In this document: positions 37,875-49,765 of the stretch, in pieces
Layout: each line of letters opens with the position of its first letter
Numbering within the stretch: the stretch's first letter is position 1
DNA from: a virus
Reading direction: 5' to 3' (one strand)
IMG/VR virus record: IMGVR_UViG_3300009788_000003
Coordinates: 25,324-89,323 of that record
DNA length: 64,000 nucleotides
Made by a program: the position numbers and the translations under genes
The notes under the pieces: model-generated
What the model was told of the DNA's origin: nothing
What the model saw: the letters and a program-made list of their open reading frames with translations, nothing else
Database searches by the model: none

Positions 37875-39722
37875 CTAGTCCCATACTTGCTTCTCTGGTT
37901 CATCCACCGCGAAGTAGTTGGTAATCATGGGGCTTGGTTGTACCCCGAAGCTTGCCCATGTCCACCGTTGCATAGTAAGTCCATACACTACCCCCGCGAA
38001 TGCATCAGCTAAGTCTTTAGTATTGAATGCGTTGTGATCGACCTTACCCTTGGATGTACGTTCTAGGTGTACTATCTCATTGCGTACATGGGCATCTTCA
38101 GGTGCAGTGATACGCTCTTGATTCAGCGCGTTCTTAAGGATGTCATACGGTAACGGGGTTCTATCCATTGACTGTAAGCCCGTCATGTATCCCTTACCCC
38201 GCAATATCTGTAGGCTATCCACTGACTGATATGAATCGAATGTAACCCAACGTATCAGTACACCCAACTCAGTCAGCTTATATAAGATCGTGCGTATCTT
38301 GGCAAAGTTAATCTCATCATTGATAGGTGGTGTCACACGCAGGAACCCATCAATCATTATGTGGGGCATCATACCCCCGTGTGAGTCTTCTTCCCCTTCA
38401 ACGTGTATGAACTTGTCCACGTAACCTAAGCACACACCCGCCGCATCAGCAGTAAGACCTAGATCGATGTGTACAAAGCGTGGTCTGTGAGGCTGCTTAA
38501 TAGCATCCTTGACTAACCCCACCTGAGTAACAACGAAATCACAATCAGGTCTGGTGAATATACTTTTGATCTTAGTATCAAAGTTCTTGGATAGTATCTC
38601 CACGTTGGGGAAGTATGGGGCTTTAGCTACCGTGCTTACCCCGGCTATCTCCCGCAGGGCATTGTATATATCGTTTACAAATCGCTTACGGTATTCAGCA
38701 GGTATACGCTTAACCTGAGCAGGGTAATCCTTCTTAGTCTGCTTAACATCATGCGGGGCTATGATATACGGCTTACGAGTATCACTACCTATGAAGATGT
38801 GAAACCATTTGCCTGTGAATAGCTCAGGGGGCTTGATATCCCATATCACTTCATCCCGGTAATAGATACCATCATCACGTTTTGCTTCTGCTGCCTTCCT
38901 GTCTGTGAACTGACCGGGATAATTCTTCGATGAGCCTAAGCATAGTATCCCCGGCACTACCCCTTGCCGCATGAACCTGCTTTCCCGGCGTGATGCTATC
39001 GAGTTGTATAGCTCTATTGCTTGGTTGAACTGCCCCCCATCTACCAATTTGCGGGAAGAGTCAACTACCTCCATGAAATTAATCTCATCGATGAAGCCAC
39101 TATAAACATTTTGTCCTATGGTTGCACTGGTCTCGCCACTCGTAGGAAACACACTTATGTTTTTAGGGAAGACTAACCTGCTATCTAAATCCTTACGGTA
39201 AGGAAAGACCGTGTTGAAATATTCACTGCCTTCAATCATGTTTCGAAAACGTGCATAATCCACATCACGAGCCACACGAGCATTAATTGACTGGAAGACA
39301 AAGAAAATTTCAGAAGCGCGGTCTTGATTCAGCAGCAGATGGGGTGAGCGAAAGCAGGATAATAAATAAAGCTGATAAGCTGTTGTTTACAATGCTCTGG
39401 TAGTCTTAGCAGTACCTATTCCTCCTGTTAGGCAACACTCATAAAACCTTTGCCCCAATCTGTCACCATCGGGATTATTTATCTCTATAATACTCTCCAT
39501 TACTGAAGGCCAAACTTCGGCCCCCGTCCCTAAATACTCCTTGGCAAAAATGAACTCTTCTACACTAACCGGATAACGCCCCAACAGCAGAAGTGAAGGT
39601 AGCCGAACAATATTCTCTCCTTCAAGATACCATTCGATTGATTGCCTGATGTCCTTACTGAATGGGTCACTTTTACCCGCCAAGCTTCGATGCATATTGG
39701 TAAGCTTACTTGGCTTAAGCAT
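37875..39722 (-). CDS. terL: Terminase large subunit, interrupted by one in-frame TAA at 39387-39389
   Basis: Walker A TGGIGTAKTT, Walker B FIDEINF, nuclease motifs HIDLG, FDSYQS and KDLADA. The frame is continuous across the stop: RAL*TTAYQLYLLSC. Confidence 0.9.
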
Positions 39723-40477
39723 TACTTACTCGCAAACAGTTCTAACGCGAATTCATCCATTGCAGCATGTGCCTTATCTTTATCGGTTTCAGGTACGATA
39801 TTGATTACATCATCCATCACAGATGCATTGCCCCGAATGTGTGCGAAGACCCCGCAATAGTCCAAGAATCTAATCTTATTCATCTCGGTATCTGAGGCAA
39901 CTTTCAGGGCAGCAATTTGCTCTTTGGCACTGTAGGCTTTATCTGTAGCCATTCCCATAGACATGTTTCTGACTTCCATGAAGAAGGCTACTGTCTCCCC
40001 CAAAAACTCGTTTAGGTCTATGTTTGTAAATGAGCGTTTGTGTAAGTCCTTAATTTGCTCTTTGATTTTGCAGATCATGCGCGTACTGACTTCAAGCTTT
40101 TCTGCTATCCGTTCATTAGTCCAACCCCGCATATGGAACCTGTGAACTAACACAATTCGACTGTCCTTTTGGTCATCATTCAATCCATTGTATCTGCCTT
40201 CCCCCCCTTTAGGCGCGACATCAAATAATTCTTCATCTGTCATGTTCACGAACTTGCCGATATTACCCAACCGTTCTGTATCAAGCCCGGAAGAATTCTT
40301 GGCAAGATTTAAGTGTTTTGTGACTTTGACATTGGTGGGGTCAACCGCAGAAAGTTTTGATAATTCCGGTTCAGGAATATCAGATTTCAGTTTTCCGATT
40401 TTGAGCTTATTTTTGAACTTTTTTGCGCTCAGTTTTGGCTCTTGTTTTTGTGGTTTATGTTCAATTAAGACAGACAT
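39722..40477 (-). CDS. terS: Putative terminase small subunit (HTH)
   Basis: HTH GWTNERIAEKLEVSTRMI; TAATG-coupled to terL; likely ATG at 40477. Confidence 0.65.
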   Translation of the reverse strand: MSVLIEHKPQKQEPKLSAKKFKNKLKIGKLKSDIPEPELSKLSAVDPTNVKVTKHLNLAKNSSGLDTERLGNIGKFVNMTDEELFDVAPKGGEGRYNGLNDDQKDSRIVLVHRFHMRGWTNERIAEKLEVSTRMICKIKEQIKDLHKRSFTNIDLNEFLGETVAFFMEVRNMSMGMATDKAYSAKEQIAALKVASDTEMNKIRFLDYCGVFAHIRGNASVMDDVINIVPETDKDKAHAAMDEFALELFASK

Positions 40478-40584
40478 AAAAAAACACCAATCGTAACAGT
40501 AATTGGTGCGAAGTCTAAAACTCTTAAATAGTTCAGTCAAGAACTATTAAACGGGTAAAATCAATTTGATCTTAGTATCAAACT

Positions 40585-42373
40585 TTATTTCAAAGACCGT
40601 GCTTTTACGATCTTCCAAAACAAATCAGCATTGCCCTTGGATTCAATATGAGCAAGAATTAAATTCTTAGCTCCTGCTATGGTTCGTGACCAAGTAGCCC
40701 CGGCTAACACATTGCAGAATCCATCAGTGACAACCCAACCAGTAGTAACCCATTTGCCGTTGATAAGAAAACCATAACGCCCAAAATCCAACTTTGGCTT
40801 GATAGTAAATCCACGATATTTATATGTGGTCATTCTAAAATCTCCGTATCATCTTCTCTGGGTATAGTATCCATGAGACCCACCAAATCCCGCTTACTGA
40901 AATACGCTTCAACCTGTTCAGCCAGTTCAGCAGTATCAGCAGAGCACATGAATTTTCCGTTCAGCCGAATGAAGTAAGGTGTGGTAGGTGCATCAGGCAT
41001 ATACTTGCCAAACTCCCCAACAAGTTCCCCTGCCATTTGTCTCTTGGTTTTCATTTGAATGCTGCCTCTAGTTCAGTTTTAACTTCAGCTTCAGTAGCAA
41101 AGATTTCGCCTTGATGCTTGTAATCTTTGGTCTGGTAATAATACCCTTCATCACTAGATTCAATATAGCCTTCCAAGTTGCTGTTTATAAAAACAGTAGT
41201 ACAAGGTGCGGCTAAACAATTGGGATAAGTTCCGTATGAAATCGCCATGTTAAATTACCTCAACTTCGTAGTATCGCCATTTGCATTCCCCCGCAAGAAT
41301 TCCCTTTTTAATAAGTGCTCTTACCGCAGGGGCAGAAGCAGCTTCATCAAATCTGAAATCTGGGGCAGTCGTATTGTAGGCATACTCACTGGTTTGAATA
41401 TTAAGAATATCACCTTTGCTGTAGTGATCGCTAATGACAGCAGCTAATTCTTTGCTATCGTATTGGTTCCAAAGTCCTGCCATGATTATATACCCCTACA
41501 AATTTGACAAAGCTTGGTGAAGTCTTCAGGAACTTCAGCATCATAAATAGCATAAGCTTTATACTGGTAATCGAGATTGTAAGAAAAACTGTCAAAGGCT
41601 GCTTGGAGCATTTCCTTTGAAAGACCGTTTTTGGTTTCCTTCTTCAGCGTTGCATTCATAAACTGATTGACTATCGCTTGAGAAGTTATTGCTTTCCATT
41701 TATCAAATATCATTTTCGTGTTTCCGTGTTGTTGGTTGATTGGTTGGTTGTGTCGTTAAAAAAGCCCCCCGGTTAAGAGGGGCAAAAACAACACACGATT
41801 AACTTTAAAATAATTTCAGGTAAAGACCCGTTTTAGATTCGATCAGGTCATGAAGCATATCAACGTAAGCACCTTCAAAAGTAGCTTTAACCTTGTAGTT
41901 CATTCCCCAGACCTTTCCAAATTCAAGGTCATAAGTGTCCATTGCGTTCAGGGTGATCTTGATATAATTAACTGCCTTGCTACCGCGAATCCTAAAACTC
42001 AGGGCATCACCGTGATCAAGCAAATTCTTTGCGCCCATCATGTAAAAGGCTTTGTGTCCGATTTGCTCTTGAATTGTTTTTGCTATGCTCATTTCATTTA
42101 CCGTGTTTGTTTGTTTGTATGCTATAAGTATAGCACTCTGTAGTTATTTGTCAAGGAAATATCGCATTTATTTTCACTTTATTTTGATCAAAAAAAAGCC
42201 CCTAGTAGGGGGCTTCTTCATCTGGTCTTACTAAAAGTGGTTTAAGCTTTGTAACCAAGTCCTTCGTATTTGCTTACTACTGAAGGAGTGTTTACTACAG
42301 TGACTTCTTTACCTGATACTTCGTGGGTCATTGTTACTGTGGCTTCTTCGTTGCTTGTCATTAATTCGTTCAT
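40585..42373 (-). other. Early gene cassettes with short ORFs, including a 43-aa ORF at 42242-42373 missing from the track
   Basis: Promoters at 42127-42154 and 42407-42434, CAAA leaders, and terminators at 41758-41783 and 42189-42213. Confidence 0.6.
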
Positions 42374-42697
42374 CGTGTTATTCCTTTTGTTTGTTTGTAT
42401 ACTATAAGTATAGCATCCTATAGTTATTTGTCAAGGAATATTTGATACTAATATCATTTATTTAGTGTAACAAAGTCACATATTCAATATCGCTGAGACT
42501 CCCTGTAAGCCCCTGTTAGCCGAACTCAGTTAGTCAGTGTAATGGTATCTTCTGCAAGTTCCCCCGCAGGTAGCTCACCAAAGGCTTCTGTGCGACTACG
42601 GCAAGCCTTAGATGTTGCAACCCACCTGAAATCTGTGGTTCCCATGATCGGCATTTTCTGAAAAACATACCACTTACCATCATGACCCGTTGTAACT

Positions 42698-42943
42698 TTA
42701 AACTTTACCATCTCGGATTCTCCCCAATAATTCAATTGCCTTGTCTAATTCTTTACGTTGTATCTGCTTGCCCAATTTTTCCTTCAGTGCATCAAGTGCG
42801 TTTTGTCCTGCCCGTAGATCAACTTCAACTTCAATAGTGCTGAACCTCACTTTGCAGGTATAGCAAATCCATCTTCGGCGCGTATACCCGTTGCATGGTC
42901 TAGTGTCTACGCATCTTCTTCGTGTATGTTGGCACTGGTGCAT
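42698..42943 (-). CDS. NrdR-like Zn-ribbon protein
   Basis: CVDTRPCNGYTRRRWICYTCKVRFSTIE resembles the NrdR N-terminal VxDSR...RRRRECxxCxxRFTTxE; no ATP-cone domain. Confidence 0.6.
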   Translation of the reverse strand: MHQCQHTRRRCVDTRPCNGYTRRRWICYTCKVRFSTIEVEVDLRAGQNALDALKEKLGKQIQRKELDKAIELLGRIRDGKV

Positions 42944-43093
42944 TTTCTCATCTCGTAATCTTTCAGCCCACACTTGGCAGAACAATATACCATCTGTGGG
43001 GCAGTCATCATTCTCCAATAGCGGGAGACTGGAAAACCATCTACAGAACTTGAAGCAACAAACTTACCGCACACCCCACAGTTCCATCCAAAT

Positions 43094-43600
43094 TTAGGAA
43101 CGGGCTTTGTGGTGTTCATGAAGCAACGTCCAAAACCTGTAGGTCATGCCCCTAGTTTTCTTGTAAAGCAATTTCTCTGTAGGTCTATTCTTGTGCAGCC
43201 GTTTTGGTTTTCTCACATGCCTGATATATCCCGCATTGTCCTTTTCACTATATGGCTTGTTCAACTTATACCCCACATAAATACCTGCGTACTCTGGAAT
43301 ATCATCTTGAATCTTGGGTAGCAAAAGGGCAGGAACCAGAAAGCAAAAATAGTTGGCAATCAAATTACCGCGCTCAAGTTCCTGATGTTTCATTCGATGT
43401 CTGCCCACCGTTTTTCTGAAGTCAGCTAAGAAATCAGATCGACTCGTTTTGATTTCAATTTCCTCAACCATAAAACTCCCTTTCCTTACACACATAATAT
43501 CCATTTCATATCCTAGATTGAAATGAGTATTTGGAATCATGAAATCATATCGTTGCTGTTGTGTTCGATGATAGGCTAAGGTCAACTCACGGACATTCAC
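43094..43600 (-). CDS. PD-(D/E)XK nuclease (MmcB-like)
   Basis: EMDIM...EIEIKTSRSDFLADFRK...YFCFLVP...IPEYAG. Confidence 0.7.
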   Translation of the reverse strand: MNVRELTLAYHRTQQQRYDFMIPNTHFNLGYEMDIMCVRKGSFMVEEIEIKTSRSDFLADFRKTVGRHRMKHQELERGNLIANYFCFLVPALLLPKIQDDIPEYAGIYVGYKLNKPYSEKDNAGYIRHVRKPKRLHKNRPTEKLLYKKTRGMTYRFWTLLHEHHKARS

Positions 43601-46600
43601 AGAACCCCCGTCAATTTTCTACATTGGTATAGTGCTTGCTGTTCAGAAAATTCATGACTTCCCGCAGCAACTAAAACCTGCCCGTATTCCTCAACAGACA
43701 TTACCCTAACCAAATGATTCGTACCCTTAAATGCGTCAACGAAATCTGCATTTGAATCCACGAACTTCATAGTATTCATATTCAGGTATCGATATGTCAG
43801 GGACATTTTAGGTTTATTGTTATTCATCTTGCACCGTAAAATTATCGACTGCCTTACATCTGGGGCAAACCATTAGTACCTGTTTGTCTGATTCCCTGAT
43901 ATTGATTTCTGTATTCTTAGCTATTCCATCCCACCCGCAGCTATTACATATCAGGTCAACATCCCACAGGGAAACATCTTCATCCCGTGTCATTTTTATT
44001 CTCCCTTTCCTGTTTCATGATCAGGATTTTATAAACTGATATACACAGCCTCATAAAAATATCAAGAATGTAGAGAACCACCAAACATGCTAGTAGCAAA
44101 ATAAACCATTCAGGCATCACTATTGTTATCATTCTTTCCACTCCCCATAGTATGTTTTCACCAATCTCCATTTATGAATGACACTGTGATCAGTGACATC
44201 AGGAATATCCTGAACCACTCCCACAAAATTTATCTCTTCATCCATTGCGCCTTCTTCCCCCCGAAGACAGACAGTTGATTTAGTCATCACCACATAATTA
44301 AATGGATTTCTTAACCAGTATAAATTTGACAGAACATGCGCCCATGCAATCTTAGACATTATTGAAATCCACTGTTGAAATGATTTAGGTTCCATCAAAA
44401 TACTCCCCATTATTACAGTACACAATACCATACTCTATGTATGCAACCCCACCCCGAAAATCTGTGTCACAAAACTCAGCACCGTTATCATATTCAAACG
44501 GATTAATTTCACTGCACCCAGAAAACAGGATTGCAATTATAATACAAAGGCAAAGTAACTGAACAAAATCACTTTCAATTAGTTTCTGCATTTTTCTTTT
44601 CCGCATATACGGCTTTGTAATTGCTTAGCATTCTCCAAGGCCAATACTCTTTTCCAATATTCGGATTACAACCGGGGCAAGGGTAATCGAAACTTGCTGC
44701 CATATACGTTGAATCCGTAACTCTATGCCCACAGTGACAAACCCAATATTCAGGTCTGGGGGGTAATTCATAGGTGAAGTTATTGGTTATCACTCTCTAT
44801 CCCATTAAGAATATTAAATATTACATCCTTTCTGACATACACAAATTCATTAATGGTCTTAACCTTCTCAGGCTTTTCCAGTTCATACAAACGCCCTTCC
44901 AATTCTATTACCTGTGCTGCTGCTTTCTCCCCTTCTCGTATTCTGTTTGCAGCCCATTCAGGTTCAATTTTAACCATCTGATTAAGAGTGCATTTAAACC
45001 CATCAGTTGATTCATATAATTTATCTGTCATTTCATTGCCTTGCGAAATTCATCTGCTGCCCCACCACCAAACAAACCTTCTACGATTTTACAAGAGTCA
45101 TCAATCCGTGATTTCAGTTTGTCAATCCGTTCCCTTTGCACTTTCTCTATCCCCTGATAATTGAATGTCACATTTTTAATTCGGTCTTCCAATTCTTTTA
45201 TCTGCTTGTGTAGTGGGTCATGCACAGCAGCCCAATAATTTGAAAACCAACCGACCATTAATCCTTCATCAATATCATTAGGATTCCACATTTCTTTATG
45301 CATAGTAGCAATAAAAGCTTTTGCCCAATGCATTGCATCTGTGCTGCTTCTATCCAGTTCATCACTCATTGTAATTTCCCCTCATAGCTTTCAATGGTAG
45401 GCAAAAGTTTTCCAATCTTATGCGCGGCATCAATTGTGATTGTCCATTTATGATCAGCCCCCAATACTTCATCACCTTCAATCCCAGATTCCCCAACCAA
45501 TTCTTTCAGTTCATCCAGACAATTCCTGTACCAAGAATATTCATCAAATTTAATAATTAGCTTATCACTCATTGGCACAACTTAGACACAGTACCGCAAC
45601 GCTTGCAATAGGTTTTTGCGTAATCATAAAATCCATCAATCCCATCATCTATCTGTTTTTGAGTTGGTTTATCCTGCCCCTCATCAACAGCACAAGTCCA
45701 ATCGTGATCGCCAATCAAGCATAGAAACCAATCCCAAAACTCACGCCAGAATTTAATCATTTCACTGCCTTGCATCCATCTTCCCCGACAACAGGAATAG
45801 AATGACCGTCCCAATCTTGTAAAAATAATTCTGCATTTTGGTAGGTATCAAAACAAAATCTACCCCGATAATTTCCCTGTTCATCGATTCCATACATCAC
45901 CCCCACGGTATAAATCATTCTCATCAGCCCACACAGATTTCCATCAATATTTTTTAGGCTTCCATATCCTGCCTGTTCAACTGTGTAATCACTCATCTAT
46001 ATTTTCCTTGTTCAGCAGCTTTTTGACATCTATATGAAGTTTATGCAATCGATATAAAATCCCTAGAGTACAGACCAGTACAAATAATCCTAGTGCGGGG
46101 TCATTCATCATTCCCACCCCATACATTTTGCACAGTGATACCGAACCAGTTTTACTTTCTCGCCTAACCAATTGCGCCGATAATAAGCAACACGGAATAA
46201 CGCCATGAATGAAAATTCCTTCTGGCATTTGTCACACGGGAACGGCATCACTATTCTCCTGATGAACCAACAACACAGCCATTAAGCGATATGACCCTGT
46301 AAGGTCAACACCGTATTTCATCCCACATCCAAGGGCTTCATAGGGCTTATCACGTTCTAGCATTTCAGCCATACCCGCAACCGTTCCCATTGCCTTACTA
46401 GAATTCATTTCAAATTCTTCTCTGCATGTACGGTAGGCTTCATCCCTTCTGAAATCTGGGATTGGTTTACCCATAGCAGCAAATCCATCCGCGCATTCTG
46501 GGGGGTCAACTGGTATTGTTTGATTTAGAAATTCAGCCATTTTTCTTCTCCTTAGCTTTGGGTCTGGTCTTATCCAGAATTTCAACGAACCACATTGGGG

Positions 46601-47441
46601 CTTCACGTTTCCGTAGTTCAGTTTGGCAGGGAATACAAATCAAAGATAATTCTGCGGTAGGCAAAAGAGGCACAACAGAATCACCACACCTACGGCAACG
46701 ATGCATTGAAGACTCGGTATAGTCCCGCTGCTTATCAATTTCTTTTTGGAAAGGTGGTGGTGACATCAGCCGCTTCATTGCGGCAATCATAAGTTTGTGA
46801 TTTTTGATGGTTTTATCCACCAAATTCTTCACCTGTTCTTCAGTTTGTATTTTCATTATCTATCCCCGTAGATACAGAAAAGCCCCACCGAAGGGGCTTA
46901 GTTAAATATTAAAAATATCAGAACTCGTAGCAATCCTGCGCTTGAAATCCACGCTTGTTCAGTTCTTTGATTGCATTATGATATGCACGATATTTTGCCT
47001 GAGCAGCAGAACGAGAAATTTCACCATCACAGTGTAGATTCTCTGGTGACAATCCCGTATCAATATGAATATAAATACTTTGGGCTTCTTTAACACTCAA
47101 AGAATTAATATCCATTTCAGGATTGCCCTTCAACCTTGCCCACAAATTCATTTCATCAATTTCATTTTGTAAACTCATTCTTGACCTCATATGTCATTTG
47201 AATATACCCGATTATAGCACACTCTGAAATTATTTGTCTACTTCTTTTTAACAGGCATATCCTTTATATGAATATCATAAACTCCATGAGCCGCTAACAA
47301 TGGTTTGATACTAAGATCAAATTCACTATCAATACAGGAAGTCCCATCACACACATGATTCCAGATCGCCCTTTGTGCATCAGTGCCTAATTCAAAAATT
47401 AAAATATCACTGACCCCTATACTTATCCTTCTCAATTTCAT
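43597..47441 (-). other. Array of short coupled hypothetical ORFs
   Basis: About 15 overlapping ORFs of 60-125 aa; promoter at 47211-47240; terminator at 46877-46899. Confidence 0.55.
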
Positions 47442-48109
47442 AACGAATACTTCTCCCTGAAAACTCTGGTAGCTATAGGCGCAAGTTCCCCCAACATTAT
47501 CAAGATAGCATCTGAGTAAACCCGTATTTCATATTGGGCATGTTCATGACTGCGTTCCTTACAGAACCGATACCAGTTAAATAAATTAGCCGTACAAAAC
47601 ATATGACTGTATGTGCCAACAGGCAAAACAGACCGTGCTATTTCACGGGGGCATTCAGTTCTAATCAAATGCTTGTAAACCTGAAAAGATGCTCTGTTAG
47701 CTGAGACAATTTGAATCTGAATTTCTTTGGATTCAGGATGTTGTTCATCAGTTCGCATCTGCTTATTATCTTTTGACTGCTTGGTTATTTTCTCTTCTTC
47801 AGGAATATAAAATTCTTCTGGCAGTTCTCGATACCTTGCCGACAATTCATTATAGGATTGTGTCCTGTGTCTATGCCACTGCCTGAAAACAAAGATGGGG
47901 GCTTTCACTTCAAAAGTAATACACGTTGATTCAAATGGTGTGTTGTGTCCGTTCATTAGCAGGTACTTGATTAGCCCCTTGTCTTCCTCACGGGCTTCAG
48001 CGTCATAAGAGACCCTAGCGTTCCGACTGATAGCCAGATCACCACCCATGTAATCTATGAGCCTCAGTAGCCCATGATCAAGAATCTGTACACTGTCACC
48101 CCTCTTCAT
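47438..48109 (-). CDS. thyX: Flavin-dependent thymidylate synthase
   Basis: HNTPFE, RQWHRHR...NELSARY, EIARSVLP and HAQYEIR. Confidence 0.96.
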   Translation of the reverse strand: MKRGDSVQILDHGLLRLIDYMGGDLAISRNARVSYDAEAREEDKGLIKYLLMNGHNTPFESTCITFEVKAPIFVFRQWHRHRTQSYNELSARYRELPEEFYIPEEEKITKQSKDNKQMRTDEQHPESKEIQIQIVSANRASFQVYKHLIRTECPREIARSVLPVGTYSHMFCTANLFNWYRFCKERSHEHAQYEIRVYSDAILIMLGELAPIATRVFREKYSL

Positions 48110-48344
48110 GTAGCAAGCCCCCCCGGTTCTTCAGGTTTGACTTCAACCCCCTTTTTTTCATCTCCATGCCAGAATGCACAAAACTCATTTGCTGCTGTCT
48201 CAGGAAATACAGTTGTGGGTTGCAGGGAAGCATCAAACCCTGCCCGAATCACAACAACAATTGGTGGGTTATAATGACACTGACCATGCTGCTCCCTTCC
48301 TGCTGTCAGGTTCCACCATCTACAAGTTCCACATTCCTTATCCA

Positions 48345-48788
48345 TCAGTAGCCCCTACCCAGAGTGCGTGAAAGACTATGATGATCTTCCTTGTCCCTTG
48401 AAATTGCAGTTATCATACGATGTAATCGAAGCAGCACCTTTTGTTCTTCTGGGGTTTCACTTTCCACCTGTGGTCTTTGATTTCCCATTGTGTCATACGT
48501 GGGTCTATGCTCATTGTCATAGACAGTATCAAGCCTGAACTGAATAACCGTTTCCAGTTTATCCAAAACATTTTGCAGTTCATCCCTTTGTTCTTCCGCT
48601 TCCCGCGCTTCCTTTTGAGCAACCCGATTAACTTCCTGTCCCATCTCCCATTCTTCATGATATTTGTCAGCAGCATTTTTTTCTGTGACCAACAAATTAA
48701 CTAAAAAAGGTATAGTCTTTTTCTTTAGTTCCGCACGGGTAAATTCCCCACCTTCAAATTTGATTTTTCTACTGTGACCTTTTCTCAT
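48345..48788 (-). CDS. Coiled-coil hypothetical protein
   Basis: Likely start MRKGHSRK with GGAG RBS. Confidence 0.5.
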   Translation of the reverse strand: MRKGHSRKIKFEGGEFTRAELKKKTIPFLVNLLVTEKNAADKYHEEWEMGQEVNRVAQKEAREAEEQRDELQNVLDKLETVIQFRLDTVYDNEHRPTYDTMGNQRPQVESETPEEQKVLLRLHRMITAISRDKEDHHSLSRTLGRGY

Positions 48789-48798
48789 CTCGTTTCTC

Positions 48799-49332
48799 CT
48801 AAAATTTCTTACCGTCAAAATGACTTCCCCGATATTCTCTGGTGTGATCAATTCGGGTTTCGTTGTACAGCATCTTGTCTTTGGTTGCGCCCTCAAGGTC
48901 ATAGCCTTGATTGTCAGATACCTTAACAATCGATTCTATTAGCATTGAATAACTGCGGGTCATATCTGAATGTGGATAACGACTATAAACGTAGGCAAGT
49001 TCAATAACATCTGCATTGATTCCCAAATGCTGTTGACCAATTGTATTGTCTTCAAAGCACCATACATTAGAAGGGAAACCCGTTTTATAAAGTACCTTCA
49101 TATGGTATCCAAAATCCAGAACACGAATCAGGGCATCAGCTAATTCTACTTCCCCCATTTTCCTGTGTGGTATGTGGTCATCCATCAAATCCTTTCGCTC
49201 CCCTTCAGTGGCTTCTGCTATCTCAGTTGATACCAGTTGAAGAGTTTGATACAGACAACGGTTGGGGTCATCCCACCAACCCACAGAAACATTCCACTCA
49301 TAAATCTTTTTAGCGTATCTATTAAAATTCAT
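48799..49332 (-). CDS. MazG-like nucleotide pyrophosphohydrolase
   Basis: STEIAEATEGERK...EVELADALIRVLD...KMLYNETR. Confidence 0.8.
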   Translation of the reverse strand: MNFNRYAKKIYEWNVSVGWWDDPNRCLYQTLQLVSTEIAEATEGERKDLMDDHIPHRKMGEVELADALIRVLDFGYHMKVLYKTGFPSNVWCFEDNTIGQQHLGINADVIELAYVYSRYPHSDMTRSYSMLIESIVKVSDNQGYDLEGATKDKMLYNETRIDHTREYRGSHFDGKKF

Positions 49333-49696
49333 CAGGACTACCCACAGATGATTTCAGTTTGAACATCCCCTTCAACTTTGAATCTAGAGCCATAATCAAC
49401 CGTGCTAGATGGGGGGTAAAATCATTCGATAGTTTGTACTCTGTTCCTACCTCACTAACCAATGAATCCCACCGCAACTTTTCACGAATACAGTAGGCAC
49501 TATAATATTCGCGTCTTCCCCTGCGCTTTAATTCGTAGGCAGTTTTATAGAAAGCCTGAAACACATGATGATTCTGGGGCAACCACTCCAAGAATTTCTT
49601 GGTAGGTTTATTCAGTAGCCCCGCAAACATACCCGCTTCATTTGCCTTATGAATAACTTCCGAAGGTGTAAAATATTTTGTTACATTCAATTTCAT
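49322..49696 (-). CDS. Hypothetical protein
   Basis: 124 aa with GGGGA RBS; follows the terminator at 49714-49742. Confidence 0.55.
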   Translation of the reverse strand: MKLNVTKYFTPSEVIHKANEAGMFAGLLNKPTKKFLEWLPQNHHVFQAFYKTAYELKRRGRREYYSAYCIREKLRWDSLVSEVGTEYKLSNDFTPHLARLIMALDSKLKGMFKLKSSVGSPDEF

Positions 49697-49765
49697 TCCA
49701 TCCCCCCAATTGCAAAAAAGGGCATACCGAAGTATACCCTTTGATTTTTACGCTTGGTCTAAGCC

